Origin: an uncultured virus (IMG/VR IMGVR_UViG_3300027861_004723)
Lineage: Duplodnaviria > Heunggongvirae > Uroviricota > Caudoviricetes
Length of the DNA stretch: 64,000 bases
Direction: 5' to 3' (one strand)
Virus record (IMG/VR): IMGVR_UViG_3300027861_004723
This document shows, in pieces, positions 1-10,705 of this stretch. The first letter of the stretch is position 1; every line of letters starts with the position of its first letter. Under the pieces are notes generated by a model that saw only the letters and a list, made by a program, of their open reading frames with translations, was not told the DNA's origin and did no database searches. Made by a program: the position numbers and the translations under genes.

Positions 1-2
1 AT

Positions 3-2555
3 GCCTATCGAAGTATCCGGAACATCAATACCTTCTAGTAAAGCCTCAACACTTAGCATGCATCTTACACGACCCTTATTACTTGAAAATGATTCCATCA
101 TCTTTCGTCTAAGCTGCGACGGCTGTTTAGAGTGGTAATTCCCAAAAGGGATCAAATACTCTTCATCTGTGTGGGAAGTAAAAGAGTAGTCATCACTCAT
201 AAAAGGATAAGCAATAAACTCCCCGGCCATCCAATCATTAAAGAGAAGGGTATAAAGTATATTCATCGGTCTTACGCGTTTATGGAAGCATATTACCTTT
301 TTGCCCTGAGATAACGCTTGTTTGATTAGGCAATAGGCACTAACTATGCGTGCTGGGTCCATCCAAGAATATTCTCTTTTAAGCGCTCTTTCCGCTAAGC
401 TGCTATCATTATCAATTTCATGAAATATTGTTGGTGCAGTATATAACCAAGTTAGATTAAAATGAGAAATTGTTTGCATTGCCAAAGCCCGAGGTAGGTC
501 ATATTTAGCAATAAGCGGGCCGCATTGCTCCTCTAGGATATCCCATCTCTTAGAAATCTCTTCTTTTTTTGATAAAGCATCATGATCATCCTCGTCTACG
601 TCATTAGTGTTTGGTAGTGTCGCAGAGACGCCCAAGGTGTATTTGTGGTGATAGGTTGAGGGCTTCCCCTTTAGGCACGGATAATCTCTAGAGTGATCCC
701 CTATCAGGACACCCAACACTCTCCTGCTAGACGCGGAAGTTGCACGATGGGCCTCATCCAAAATAAGGAAATTTTTAGCCACGCCCCGTTTTATGCTTAC
801 CCGGCATTCTAGCTCATCAATAGCGGATGCGTAGGTCATAATTGCAATACTGCCAGGAGCTAAAATAGTTTTAGGATTTCTCTTTATAGGTGTGATCCTG
901 CCAACTACTTTGCCTTCCGCCTCTGACCAGGAGGTTAGATCAGGATGATAGGATCTTATCTTGCTTTCTCCGAAAGTATATATCACTGAACGCGAGCCGA
1001 TATCCTCATCCCTTTTTAGGTTTTCCAACCACTGCCCCACTAGGGCATTAGTAGGAACCATAATGGTTACTGATATGCGCTTCTTCTCTTCGTAAAGAAG
1101 ATGCTTTATAGCACCAATGCATAACCTAGTCTTTCCCGCCCCTGTCACTGCCTCAACTAGACCTCTATATTTCGATCTAGTTGTAAGTTTTATCTTCCTA
1201 TTTTTCTTATTTCGAGCATAGGGAGTTATGCCCTTCCATCTATCTAGAACCCTAGCTTGCCATGCATACCGTAGCGAGCCGTCTTCTGCGTCCTCTACTT
1301 CTCTTTTCGTGAATAGGGAAAGTAAGCTACTTCTTGCTGAACCGGCAGGAGGCTCTACGGCGATTGGTATACCATCTGGCCCTCCTCGTATTATCTCAAT
1401 TTGATCAGGTTTAATACGAGAGCCTTTAGCTAGCTTCACCAATCCGAACCCACTAAGTAACTTAGCTCTATCCATCTTATAGCAACAATTTTTGAAAGGA
1501 ATTGACTTGTTGTCCGCATATCGAGAACCGCAGTCACAGATCAATACGCTGCCCCGCCCTACACCAGCACTAAGCAGGTCTTTTCTTCGTTCCGACCACT
1601 CAGATCTCTCCCTGGGCTTGTCCTTATTGCCTGATAGTGTCCAAGCATAGGCAAATCTCCTACGATTTTGCTGACTTTCATGGCTGAGACATTTATCTTC
1701 ATCCGTCAAACAATCCTGGCAGGCATCCTCTTCTGGGTAAGCCCAATAATCTGGTATAAATGGGATAGGATATCCTAAGCCGAGATCTGATTGTCTCTGG
1801 GGGCTTGCAAAATCCGATTCTGGGTGTGTTTCCCTTTTTTTATCTGCCCTGCAAGCCAACACCCTATCACACTTCTCTTTAGCTTTAGCCCTCTTGGCAC
1901 CTCTTCTAAGGGGCCTGTTTTTAAGAATACTAATACCATGGCAATCGCAGGAGTGTCTGCGCTTAATTTTCCTAAACTTGGCCTTCGGCTTAAATCGTCG
2001 TCCTCTACGAGACGAGGATCTATCCGACCTTTGCAGTGCTCCTGTTTTTTTCTTAATAGAAAATCCAAGAGATTGGGATTCCACCCAACTATCATCAATT
2101 GGATACCTCGGATCATAGGGTATGTGCTTAAACCCCCATTTGTTTTTAAGAATATTTCCAGGAACCCTACCTTCTACGGAGTCAGGCTCCTGCTCCCACT
2201 TACATATCCAGTCGCTATTTACCTTATTTATTATTCCTAATTGCACAGTTACTAGTTCGTAAAGATCATCAATAGATAGATTTTTAAAATACAAAGGAAG
2301 TCTGTCGTACCAGCTAGAAGGCTTAAAGGCAATAGATATAGGATCCAGATCAGCTACTACCTTTATATCTACTATATCACCATTTTTTTCGTATCGTGGA
2401 ATCCAACCAAATGCTTTAGCATTCATCAGTATTTGCTGAAGAAGATATGCTTTTCTAAGTTTGATGTCCTTAGATCTTTGTCTTCTAGCATCCGCTTCAA
2501 GCGGCCCATCCCCATAATCTGCAGGAAAGGGGATCGGATTATCATGATAGTACAT
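3..2555 (-). CDS. SF2 (DEAH-box, XPB/SSL2-like) helicase with long N-terminal extension; runs off the left edge of the window
   Basis: Absent from the ORF track (no stop in window). Manual translation from ATG 2555 (MYYHDNP...) is open to position 3 and contains AVTGAGKT (Walker A), ILDEAH (Walker B), GVSAT (motif III) and LEGIDVPD (motif V). Confidence 0.9.
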   Translation of the reverse strand, partial: MYYHDNPIPFPADYGDGPLEADARRQRSKDIKLRKAYLLQQILMNAKAFGWIPRYEKNGDIVDIKVVADLDPISIAFKPSSWYDRLPLYFKNLSIDDLYELVTVQLGIINKVNSDWICKWEQEPDSVEGRVPGNILKNKWGFKHIPYDPRYPIDDSWVESQSLGFSIKKKTGALQRSDRSSSRRGRRFKPKAKFRKIKRRHSCDCHGISILKNRPLRRGAKRAKAKEKCDRVLACRADKKRETHPESDFASPQRQSDLGLGYPIPFIPDYWAYPEEDACQDCLTDEDKCLSHESQQNRRRFAYAWTLSGNKDKPRERSEWSERRKDLLSAGVGRGSVLICDCGSRYADNKSIPFKNCCYKMDRAKLLSGFGLVKLAKGSRIKPDQIEIIRGGPDGIPIAVEPPAGSARSSLLSLFTKREVEDAEDGSLRYAWQARVLDRWKGITPYARNKKNRKIKLTTRSKYRGLVEAVTGAGKTRLCIGAIKHLLYEEKKRISVTIMVPTNALVGQWLENLKRDEDIGSRSVIYTFGESKIRSYHPDLTSWSEAEGKVVGRITPIKRNPKTILAPGSIAIMTYASAIDELECRVSIKRGVAKNFLILDEAHRATSASSRRVLGVLIGDHSRDYPCLKGKPSTYHHKYTLGVSATLPNTNDVDEDDHDALSKKEEISKRWDILEEQCGPLIAKYDLPRALAMQTISHFNLTWLYTAPTIFHEIDNDSSLAERALKREYSWMDPARIVSAYCLIKQALSQGKKVICFHKRVRPMNILYTLLFNDWMAGEFIAYPFMSDDYSFTSHTDEEYLIPFGNYHSKQPSQLRRKMMESFSSNKGRVRCMLSVEALLEGIDVPDTSIG

Positions 2556-2683
2556 AGAGGTATTATCTCATAAAATGCTGATGTTTGAAACAGCAATTTT
2601 GCCTGGCTTCGTCTGCACGACTTGATTTTTAGATCTTTCAATGTAAAATAGCTATTTCCGTTGAAATTAATATCGAGGTATAG

Positions 2684-4324
2684 ATGTGCGGTATATTTTG
2701 TTTTTGGGGCAAGAATCCTCCCAAACAACTACTCCCAGTTACAGAAGCTTTCAAGAGCCTCCAGCATCGAGGCCCTGATAATACACAATTAATACCAACC
2801 AGCGACTCTGGGAATAATGCCGCATTACTGGGTTTTCATCGCCTGGCAATTATGGATACCTCCCCCAAAGGTAATCAGCCCTTCGTAACGAAGGAAGTAT
2901 CCCTAGCCTGCAACGGAGAAATATATAATTCTAAACAGCTTAGAGCACAATATCCAGACTATGATTATCAATCAGACTCTGATTGCGAGGTTATTATCCC
3001 CCTCTACTTAGATCGCGGGATCGAAGGAGCAGCCAGAGCCCTTGATGGCGAATTTGCTTTTGTGCTTTATGACCATAGGGATAAAAAAGTTTATGCTGCC
3101 CGAGACCCTATTGGTATTAGACCTCTTTTTTACGGATTACCACAAGACCATTTGAAGGTAAATCCAGATGACTTTGCCATTGCATTTGCTAGCGAAGCCA
3201 AAGCCCTCTCTAGTTTTTGTGATGACGTTAAGCCTTTTTTGCCAGATTGCTTTTACGATGGCCAAGGAGTCCGCTTAAGGCGAATTGATCGAATAACGCA
3301 TCAACGACCTATCAAGGATACCCTACCAAACTACCTAACTGAGATCAGGACCAAGTTTATAGAAGGGGTAAGAAAACGACTAACTAGCGATGTGCCTTTA
3401 GGGTTTTTGCTTAGTGGGGGACTAGATTCTAGCTTAGTCTGCTCAATAGCAACAAAGCTACTTGATGAGCCTATCACCACCTTTTCAATCGGAATTGAAG
3501 AAAATCCCATCGATGTTAAATACGCCAAAGAAGTAGCAGATTATCTTGGATCAACGCACCATGAAGTCCTGTTTACTGAGCAAGAGGTTCTAGATGTTCT
3601 GGACGAACTAATCTATCATTTGGAATCTTGGGATATCACCACTGTGCGAGCCTCTGTAGGAATGTACCTTTTATGCAAATACATTAGAGAGAAGACGGAT
3701 ATCAAGGTGGTTCTAACTGGTGAGGTTAGCGATGAGCTTTTTGGCTATAAGTATACTGATTTCGCCCCCTCTGGTGAAGAATTTCAAAAGGAAGCTATTA
3801 AGCGGGTCGAAGAGCTGCATGTTTACGATGTCCTACGGGCTGATCGATGTATAGCCGCTCACGGCCTTGAGGCCCGCGTGCCATTTAGTGACAGGGATTT
3901 CGTTAGGTATGTGATGGCAATTCCGGGTGATATAAAGATGAACACTTATGGGATTGAGAAAGCTCTACTCCGCAACGCATTCCATCCAGATTCAGCCAAA
4001 GAAGAGTTTCTCAAGGACAACATTCTATTTCGTGCGAAGGCAGCTTTTAGCGATGCTGTGGGCCACAGAATGGTCGATTTATTGAAAGAAACCGCCGAAG
4101 CTAAATATACGGAAGCAGATTTAAAGAACGCGGAAAAAAGGTATCCTCACTGCCCACCCTTTACCAAAGAATCATTGATGTATCGAGAGATCTTCGCAAA
4201 GCACTTCCCTAACCAGGATAAGCTAATTCCGGATTATTGGATGCCAAATAAAAGCTGGGAGAACTGCGATGTAAGCGACCCCTCAGCCAGGGCTTTGCCT
4301 AATTATGGAAAAAGTGGGAATTAG
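2684..4324 (+). CDS. asnB: Asparagine synthetase B (glutamine-hydrolysing)
   Basis: N-terminal MCGI (Ntn Cys), HRGPD, FHRLAI, NGEIYN, SGGLDSS, GEVSDE, GLEARVPF. Confidence 0.95.
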   Translation: MCGIFCFWGKNPPKQLLPVTEAFKSLQHRGPDNTQLIPTSDSGNNAALLGFHRLAIMDTSPKGNQPFVTKEVSLACNGEIYNSKQLRAQYPDYDYQSDSDCEVIIPLYLDRGIEGAARALDGEFAFVLYDHRDKKVYAARDPIGIRPLFYGLPQDHLKVNPDDFAIAFASEAKALSSFCDDVKPFLPDCFYDGQGVRLRRIDRITHQRPIKDTLPNYLTEIRTKFIEGVRKRLTSDVPLGFLLSGGLDSSLVCSIATKLLDEPITTFSIGIEENPIDVKYAKEVADYLGSTHHEVLFTEQEVLDVLDELIYHLESWDITTVRASVGMYLLCKYIREKTDIKVVLTGEVSDELFGYKYTDFAPSGEEFQKEAIKRVEELHVYDVLRADRCIAAHGLEARVPFSDRDFVRYVMAIPGDIKMNTYGIEKALLRNAFHPDSAKEEFLKDNILFRAKAAFSDAVGHRMVDLLKETAEAKYTEADLKNAEKRYPHCPPFTKESLMYREIFAKHFPNQDKLIPDYWMPNKSWENCDVSDPSARALPNYGKSGN

Positions 4325-4351
4325 CGCTCCCCGTTGACAACTTAGTTACAC

Positions 4352-4768
4352 ATGATACCCTATATTCTGAACAGGAAAAAAATGGGCCGCTTCAAAGAAG
4401 ATGATTTAGTGCGGGTTATCGCACAACCACCAAAGCAATTTGTACAAATCAAGGGCCTATGCGGATACATCGAAGAAGTATCCGAAGAGGGTGATTACTA
4501 CGGCTTCCAGTCACTTGAACACAACGGAAGTGTCGGAGGATATGGCGGCGTTCCAGATAACTGTCTGGAACTCTGTGATGAAACTTGGCTGGTGAGAGCC
4601 AAAGAGATCCGATATAAAACTCTACAAACTAATTGGGAAGCTTGTCAGCGCAGGTCCAATAGAGTCAAAGAAGCATTACAGAAATTAGCAGACAAGCATC
4701 GTATTAGTTTGGAAGAGATAAGAGCTATACAGCTTGATCTTAAAGAATTAGATAGCGTTTATTTCTAG
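4352..4768 (+). CDS. Hypothetical protein (true start possibly ATG 4382)
   Basis: ORF downstream of TTGACA at 4334; followed by an RBS-led gene. Confidence 0.6.
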   Translation: MIPYILNRKKMGRFKEDDLVRVIAQPPKQFVQIKGLCGYIEEVSEEGDYYGFQSLEHNGSVGGYGGVPDNCLELCDETWLVRAKEIRYKTLQTNWEACQRRSNRVKEALQKLADKHRISLEEIRAIQLDLKELDSVYF

Positions 4769-4776
4769 GAGTAAAA

Positions 4777-6117
4777 ATGAAATCTTGTGAGAAACCCGAT
4801 TGCTGTGCAGATAAAGTTTCCGAAATACCTGAACATCTCAGTAAGTACGTTGGATTAGATCCGTTCCCGTATGACGCGCCATACTTGAAGCTGTGCTTTT
4901 ACTCAGGCTTCCGTGTTATCGAAACTACAACGCCGGATGGGCAGGTAACTCACTCGATTAAGCGAATACTCTGCAAAGGTAAACGCTGTCCCTTCTGCTA
5001 TCCCTTCCTTCATGTTCCACGTATCAAGGCCAAGCTGGAGACTGTCCCTCTCGACCAGGACTCTGCCTTTGGTACGTTTTGTCCTGATCAAACAAGGCTC
5101 ACTGGTTGGGGTATCAACCCAGGCGCTACTCAGCTCGCGTCTGGTGCAATGATCGGCCACGTCCGCGTCAAGATGCAGGAGCTATTCGGCAGCGACCATT
5201 GGCAGTACTTCTGCGTTTCGGAGTCGCACAAGAGGGGTGGAATTCACCATCATCCCCTCTTTCGTGATCTTCCTTCTCTCGACCACGTTTGGTCTGTCGG
5301 CGCGGACAAGCTCCTGGCCGATGGCAGTAAGCGCGGACGCCTTATTGACGCTCCTGCTGGTGGGTATTGGGCTACCGCGAACAAATTTTTCTTTCACCGC
5401 GCCTATCGTGGTAGGGACATCGCAGACACCGGAAGGAAGATCCGCGTTCACTGGCAAAACAAGCGGTATTGGGACTATTCCAAGGTCAGCCGGTATCACG
5501 CACTTTTTGGACTGGGAAAGGACGCCCCCCAGTTAAAGAAGAACCTTGTCTCGATGTTCAAGAAGCGGCGGCGGTCGAGCAAGAACCGCGCTGGTCGTCA
5601 ACATCTTTACCAACAATATCAGCGCGAGGTCGGCCTGGTAGAGCGCGACGTTCCTATCGACGGCTGTTTGTGCCACCCGGACTCAGAGCATTATCAATAC
5701 CGCGATCAGCACAGCGTCGAGGATGAGTACCGGGCCATCTTGCTTGAGTGCATTACTCAAATCTACGCCACGGAGACTGGCTTTGGTGACGTGTTCATCT
5801 TGCCGGTGTTCAGTCCCGAGGCGACTAGGGAGTACGTCGTTAAGGAAATGACCAAGGTATCGCAGCAAACGTCTAATCGTCCCAAGAGGGTTCCGATTAC
5901 ACGTTCGACGCATAAATTCTTCCGGGAGTATCAGGAAGAGGAAGATGAAAACACGCACCGTCAGCGGATGATTAAGGGTGGGAGTCTTGCTGGTGCTGTT
6001 AACGCACTCAAGAAGCAAGGCAGCGTTCTTGGTGCAGAAACAGTCGTCTCCCGAAAGGGGCCAGGTGACGATGTTCCGTTTTCAGAATTATCTACTATCA
6101 GGAAATCCAAGGAATGA
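4777..6117 (+). CDS. HUH rolling-circle Rep-like endonuclease
   Basis: CKGKRCPFC Zn motif, FGTF (motif I-like), ESHKRGGIHHH (motif II-like), EYVVK (motif III YxxK-like); AGGAG RBS. Confidence 0.65.
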   Translation: MKSCEKPDCCADKVSEIPEHLSKYVGLDPFPYDAPYLKLCFYSGFRVIETTTPDGQVTHSIKRILCKGKRCPFCYPFLHVPRIKAKLETVPLDQDSAFGTFCPDQTRLTGWGINPGATQLASGAMIGHVRVKMQELFGSDHWQYFCVSESHKRGGIHHHPLFRDLPSLDHVWSVGADKLLADGSKRGRLIDAPAGGYWATANKFFFHRAYRGRDIADTGRKIRVHWQNKRYWDYSKVSRYHALFGLGKDAPQLKKNLVSMFKKRRRSSKNRAGRQHLYQQYQREVGLVERDVPIDGCLCHPDSEHYQYRDQHSVEDEYRAILLECITQIYATETGFGDVFILPVFSPEATREYVVKEMTKVSQQTSNRPKRVPITRSTHKFFREYQEEEDENTHRQRMIKGGSLAGAVNALKKQGSVLGAETVVSRKGPGDDVPFSELSTIRKSKE

Positions 6118-6518
6118 CAGAACACTATATTAATCCATTAACAGATTTTCGTCTACCTCTATCTGAGCTTAAGAAAGAAATAGAAGCTCTTATAGATAAA
6201 TATGGTGAAGATGCTATTATCTTTCCCGATGCTGGCTATAACAATGTCGAGATAGTTGTGATTACAGGATGATAGACGTTGATTGCGCCATGTGCCAGGA
6301 TACTGGCCGAATAGGTATGTGTTGGTGCAGTACAACCTATCCGCCGTGTTCTGGATGCACCGAACCTTTGCGACCAGATGACGAGTGGAGGATATGCATT
6401 GATTGCGATGATGAAAAAGAGAATAGATTCAAGGATGAATGCGACTGCCCTGATTTATTTTCTTTCGGCTGCCAAGACAAGGAAAACCATCGCTGACTAA
6501 CAAGGTATTAAGTGGCCC

Positions 6519-6893
6519 TTACCTAAAATAAACGTAAGCGCCTGCACCCAGTAATACTACTCCAGCAACCACGCCTAAATGCCAAGGCTTGAAAGCAGTG
6601 TCAGCAACATAGATAACATCTTCTTGCTTTCTTACTGCGTCTGCTGCTGTTCCCTGCCCTACGTTCTCTAGCCGCTGCGCTAATGCACTTTGATCAGCAG
6701 ATGCCTGCTCATCACGCCTTCTTGCCATGTCTTGTAAGTCTTGCTCAGTAGGCTGTGGTATTTGTGCTAGCTGGCAGGCTAATCCATTTCCTTGAGCACA
6801 CAACCCGGGAAGTTCTGCGTCACTTGCATTCATGGCGAGGCTGTCGGATTCGCTTGTTCTTGCACTGGTTTGTCCTAGATATGTATAACTCAT
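6519..6893 (-). CDS. Small protein with C-terminal transmembrane anchor
   Basis: WHLGVVAGVVLLGAGAYVYFR tail; TATACT 6 nt upstream of ATG. Confidence 0.7.
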   Translation of the reverse strand: MSYTYLGQTSARTSESDSLAMNASDAELPGLCAQGNGLACQLAQIPQPTEQDLQDMARRRDEQASADQSALAQRLENVGQGTAADAVRKQEDVIYVADTAFKPWHLGVVAGVVLLGAGAYVYFR

Positions 6894-6972
6894 ACATCAA
6901 GTATACTAAAAGGATTAAGGAAAATCCAAAGTGGCTGCTCTAGTTTTTAGATTATTTTGTTAAGATTACGGC

Positions 6973-7260
6973 ATGCCTGAAACTGCAAACAAACGCCTAG
7001 ATAAACTCGCCATTTGGTCACTACAAACCATCTTTGGTATCGGACTACTGGTTGCCAGTTGGTTCCTGGGAGGTCTCTACGAGCGTGTAGAAAAGGTGGA
7101 TACTAAAGTTAACACCAATGCCACCCAAGCACAGGTCAACAAAGAAAAGCTTGAGGGCCAGGCCGCATCAAATGGTAGGCAATGGCAAAAAATAAGCGAT
7201 TTGGAGTCCAGGGTTAGCCGATTAGAAGGCCAGATCAACGCGCTCAACCCAGGCAACTAA
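6973..7260 (+). CDS. Membrane protein, N-terminal TM helix plus coiled coil
   Basis: Hydrophobic helix at about aa 12-36, then heptads; TGTTAAGAT 6 nt upstream of ATG. Confidence 0.7.
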   Translation: MPETANKRLDKLAIWSLQTIFGIGLLVASWFLGGLYERVEKVDTKVNTNATQAQVNKEKLEGQAASNGRQWQKISDLESRVSRLEGQINALNPGN

Positions 7261-7265
7261 GTCTA

Positions 7266-8795
7266 TTAACCTAGAAATTCCTCTACCCAAAGCAGACCAT
7301 CTTCTTCATTATCGAACAGCCCAGCCTCTTGGGCTGCTTTAGTGGCTTTAAGTATCCTGCCCATTTCGATCCCCTGGATTGCCAGCCCATGAGCAAGCAA
7401 GGTTCCTCCAGTAATAATAGGACGATAGAAGCGATCCCTAATCCAGTTTTCAGCATCTCGCTTAGTATTGATCTTGCACTTAAGCTGGATCTGGTAGGCT
7501 TCCGCAATAATTTTACCCATTCCGGGGCCTGGCTTTACCAAACCACTACTGATCAACATCTTCCCCGTTACTAGCTTCTTTGGCGGGCTAAAGAGAATGC
7601 CATCTTCATCGGCAATTTCCATTAGTCGAATAGCTGTCTCTGGCAACTGTTTAGGCTTTGGTGGTCTGCCGCTGTGATCGGCCTCAATAAGCAGAATTAG
7701 CTCTGCAATACACGCCGGTTTTAGTCTGTAAGAGAGCCTTCTAATAGCAGGAAGCTTCTTAGCATCAATATATGAAAGATGTTCGGCCATCAAAGGCGGA
7801 ACCTTTTCGATAATCTTGTTTAGAGCACCGATAGATGTGAGGAAGTCAACCGCTGTGTCGATACCTTCCACACCATGACCAGGACTGCGATACCTGCCCC
7901 GATCAAAAACAGTCGTAGCATGCTTTCCAATATCGTGGCACAGCGCAGCAAACATCAAAGTAGCTCTTTCTAGCCCTTGCGCCTCTTCTCTGCGTGCAAT
8001 ATCCATTGCAGCATCAACAACGTGTTGGGTATGGATAAAGACATCTCCCTCGGGATGCCACTCGGGATCCTGCGGGGTATCCATTAGATTTTGTAGTGCA
8101 GGATAGGCTTCTATCCAGCCTGTATCAACCAGAAATTGTAGACCGGCTCCTGGGGAGACACTCTTCGTCGCCCACTTATACCACTCACCCCAGATTCTCT
8201 CCGCAGGGAAGGTGTCATACTCGCCCAACAAGGAATAGCACATTTCTGCTGTTTTAGGATCAACAACAAAATTAAACCTACCAGCAAATTGGAATCCCCG
8301 CAAAACTCTTAGGGGGTCTTCAGCAAAGGCAGGCCCTATATGACGAATAATGCCATTACGGATATCCTCCTCACCACCAAAGAAATCTAACATTTCTCCG
8401 GTTCCCAGATCATACATTAGCGCATTGAATGTGTAGTCGCGTCTTGAGGCCGCTTCTTGTGGATCCATGAAAGGGTCTATCTCTACTTCAAACCCTTTGT
8501 ATCCCCTACCGATTTTCTTCTCTCTGCGTGGCATGGCAAAGTCATAGTCATTATCTTTGGTGTAGAGCTTAATCACACTAAAGCTCTTACCTACATCAGC
8601 TTGGACTTTTCCGTATGGCTCAAGAAAATCAGCTAGAATGTCGGGCTGCAGACCAAAAACTTCGATATCTAGATCCTTGGGGTTGAGCCCAAGAACTACG
8701 TCTCGGACTGCACCACCTACGAGATAGCATTTACCGCCTATGGCGGCTATATCCGCAGCAATGGTGAGCAATTCTTGTGGAAAATCAGTAATCAT
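7266..8795 (-). CDS. cca: CCA-adding tRNA nucleotidyltransferase with HD domain
   Basis: VGGAVRD, DLDIE, RRDYTFNA, EDPLRVLRG, HPEGDV..H, HDIGK. Start placed at ATG 8795, 6 nt after TGCTACACT. Confidence 0.92.
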   Translation of the reverse strand: MITDFPQELLTIAADIAAIGGKCYLVGGAVRDVVLGLNPKDLDIEVFGLQPDILADFLEPYGKVQADVGKSFSVIKLYTKDNDYDFAMPRREKKIGRGYKGFEVEIDPFMDPQEAASRRDYTFNALMYDLGTGEMLDFFGGEEDIRNGIIRHIGPAFAEDPLRVLRGFQFAGRFNFVVDPKTAEMCYSLLGEYDTFPAERIWGEWYKWATKSVSPGAGLQFLVDTGWIEAYPALQNLMDTPQDPEWHPEGDVFIHTQHVVDAAMDIARREEAQGLERATLMFAALCHDIGKHATTVFDRGRYRSPGHGVEGIDTAVDFLTSIGALNKIIEKVPPLMAEHLSYIDAKKLPAIRRLSYRLKPACIAELILLIEADHSGRPPKPKQLPETAIRLMEIADEDGILFSPPKKLVTGKMLISSGLVKPGPGMGKIIAEAYQIQLKCKINTKRDAENWIRDRFYRPIITGGTLLAHGLAIQGIEMGRILKATKAAQEAGLFDNEEDGLLWVEEFLG

Positions 8796-8899
8796 AGTCA
8801 TAGTGTAGCATATTTCTAAAAACAGTCTATAAATGATTTAAGACGGCTCCTTGTTTAAAAAAGGATCATTGGTAAAGTAGACGAACCTAGGCGGTTACC

Positions 8900-10685
8900 A
8901 TGTCACTCTCAGAAGAAAATTTCCCAGCTAAATTTCTATCCCAATTCATGGAAGCCATGAAGCATGTCGATAAAATCGAAGACGCATCTACATGGAAAAA
9001 AGATAAATGGGATACGCCACCTCTTTGTAAGGTAAGGGATGATTACGAAGTTGATGAAAAGACGTTTAAAGATTTCGAAAAGATACTTTATTTTCTTACC
9101 CTAGCCGTTTTCGGAACAGGAAGTGAAGGCCGCTCTCGGGGCCGCTTCGTTGATTTCTACCTTAAAGACAAGACCAAAGATTACGCGGCTTTACCGATGT
9201 GGCGAATCACCAGACCTGATAAGGTTGAAAACAGCCTACGTAAACTGTTAAGAGCCCGAGATTTAGCTGATGGCAACGCTAAGATGGCACAGAGTGTTGT
9301 TGAAGACTTTGATCGATACATAAAGTATGCTCTAGACTGTGATTATGGCAACCTTCTCCCAGAAGTGGAAGAGTGCGTTCACTGCGGCTGGAAACGTGAC
9401 TCAGGCATATGACAGACGATAACGAATTTGGGGGCTTACAGTACAACTACTCTTGGAACTTCTTTCTACGTCGTATAGATGGTGTCGCTTTAAACCACCC
9501 TTCCTGGGAGGTATCTCCCACGATCAGAGGAAAAGTCTGGGATGCTATACAGCCATATGTACTGGTGGCCCCGAATAGATACTCGCGTAGACATGTTGTA
9601 AGAGACTTGATGACATCAGTTTTAAATGCTGTGATTTCAGAAGATAAGGAGTCCGCATGAGCGCTCTGTTTAAGATCTGGTCCAAACAACACGACCGCGC
9701 TGTTAGCATCTACGGGGTAAGGCAGACTAGATTCCTAGTTTGGACCACTAAGGGATGGTCGTGGGTTGACCACAGCAAGTTCATACCAATGACATCCTCA
9801 CCATACGAAGAATCCGTAGCCTACGAAGAAAGTGTTTTTTATACTGGGCAACGAGAAGAGTCATGAAAATGGGAACCGAGGAGTTCTACGAAGCCATTCG
9901 TGCTCTTCATACTCCACTATGGCCGTATAACAACCACCCAAAAGGATGTGGGCACGGTAAAGATGATCGACTAGTCACTACCAAAACTCGGATGCGCAAA
10001 GACCGAGTAGCTGTTATGACTTTGGTTTGTTGGAAGAATCGCTGGAAGGAAAGCGAAGATGAGATCCCACTTAATGAGCCTCTTCACAAGGCTCTTTTTG
10101 TCAGAACTACGGCGTTAACTGTTGAAAATGCAGTTTTGATTGGACAAACCCTGACTGATTATCTGGAAACCGGCAACGAGCCCACAGCTATCATGGATAT
10201 GCCCATGTATCCTGGGTATGAGGATATTGATAACCGGAAATTCAGATGAAACAACCATCGATCAGAATTCGTAGTATTAAAACCAGAGTTAGGAATCGTA
10301 TTTTTGGAAGAGGTCTTCCTTGGAACAAAGTCAGGAATAAAATTTTTGGCCCGGTCTATGATCAAATCCCTGAGATTTTTGAGAAGGTGCATCAAGCCTT
10401 GCTAGAAGAGTGGCCGCGTGATAAGATCAGAGATCAAAGATCAGCGCTAGGAAATGACCTGTGGGGGTCTGCGGAGCGTCATCTCTAGTGGCTCCTGCTC
10501 AGATCCGCCTCAACTACCTTTACGAAAGGGTTGACAGTACTTTTGAAGCTCTCTATCAAGAGCATTGGCACAGCCAAGCACATCTAGTCAACAAAATAGT
10601 TTGGGCCGTAATTACTCCTGTGTGGGACGACGTTTGTATTCCAATATTTAATTCAGTGACAGGCGACCCTCCCGACTCCGTATAA
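8900..10685 (+). CDS. Cluster of six short overlapping hypothetical genes (8900, 9409, 9657, 9863, 10246, about 10488)
   Basis: ATGA-type stop/start overlaps on the same strand; no recognisable motifs. Confidence 0.6.
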
Positions 10686-10705
10686 GCCTTCAGAGGTGCA
10701 GACAA

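Noticed and set aside
1300..2555. Intein in the helicase N-terminal extension
   Set aside because: No C/S...HN-C/S/T splice junctions or LAGLIDADG motifs seen.
132..2728. Short ORF-track ORFs at 132, 1775, 1791, 1894 and 2426
   Set aside because: Shadows of the long minus-strand helicase frame.
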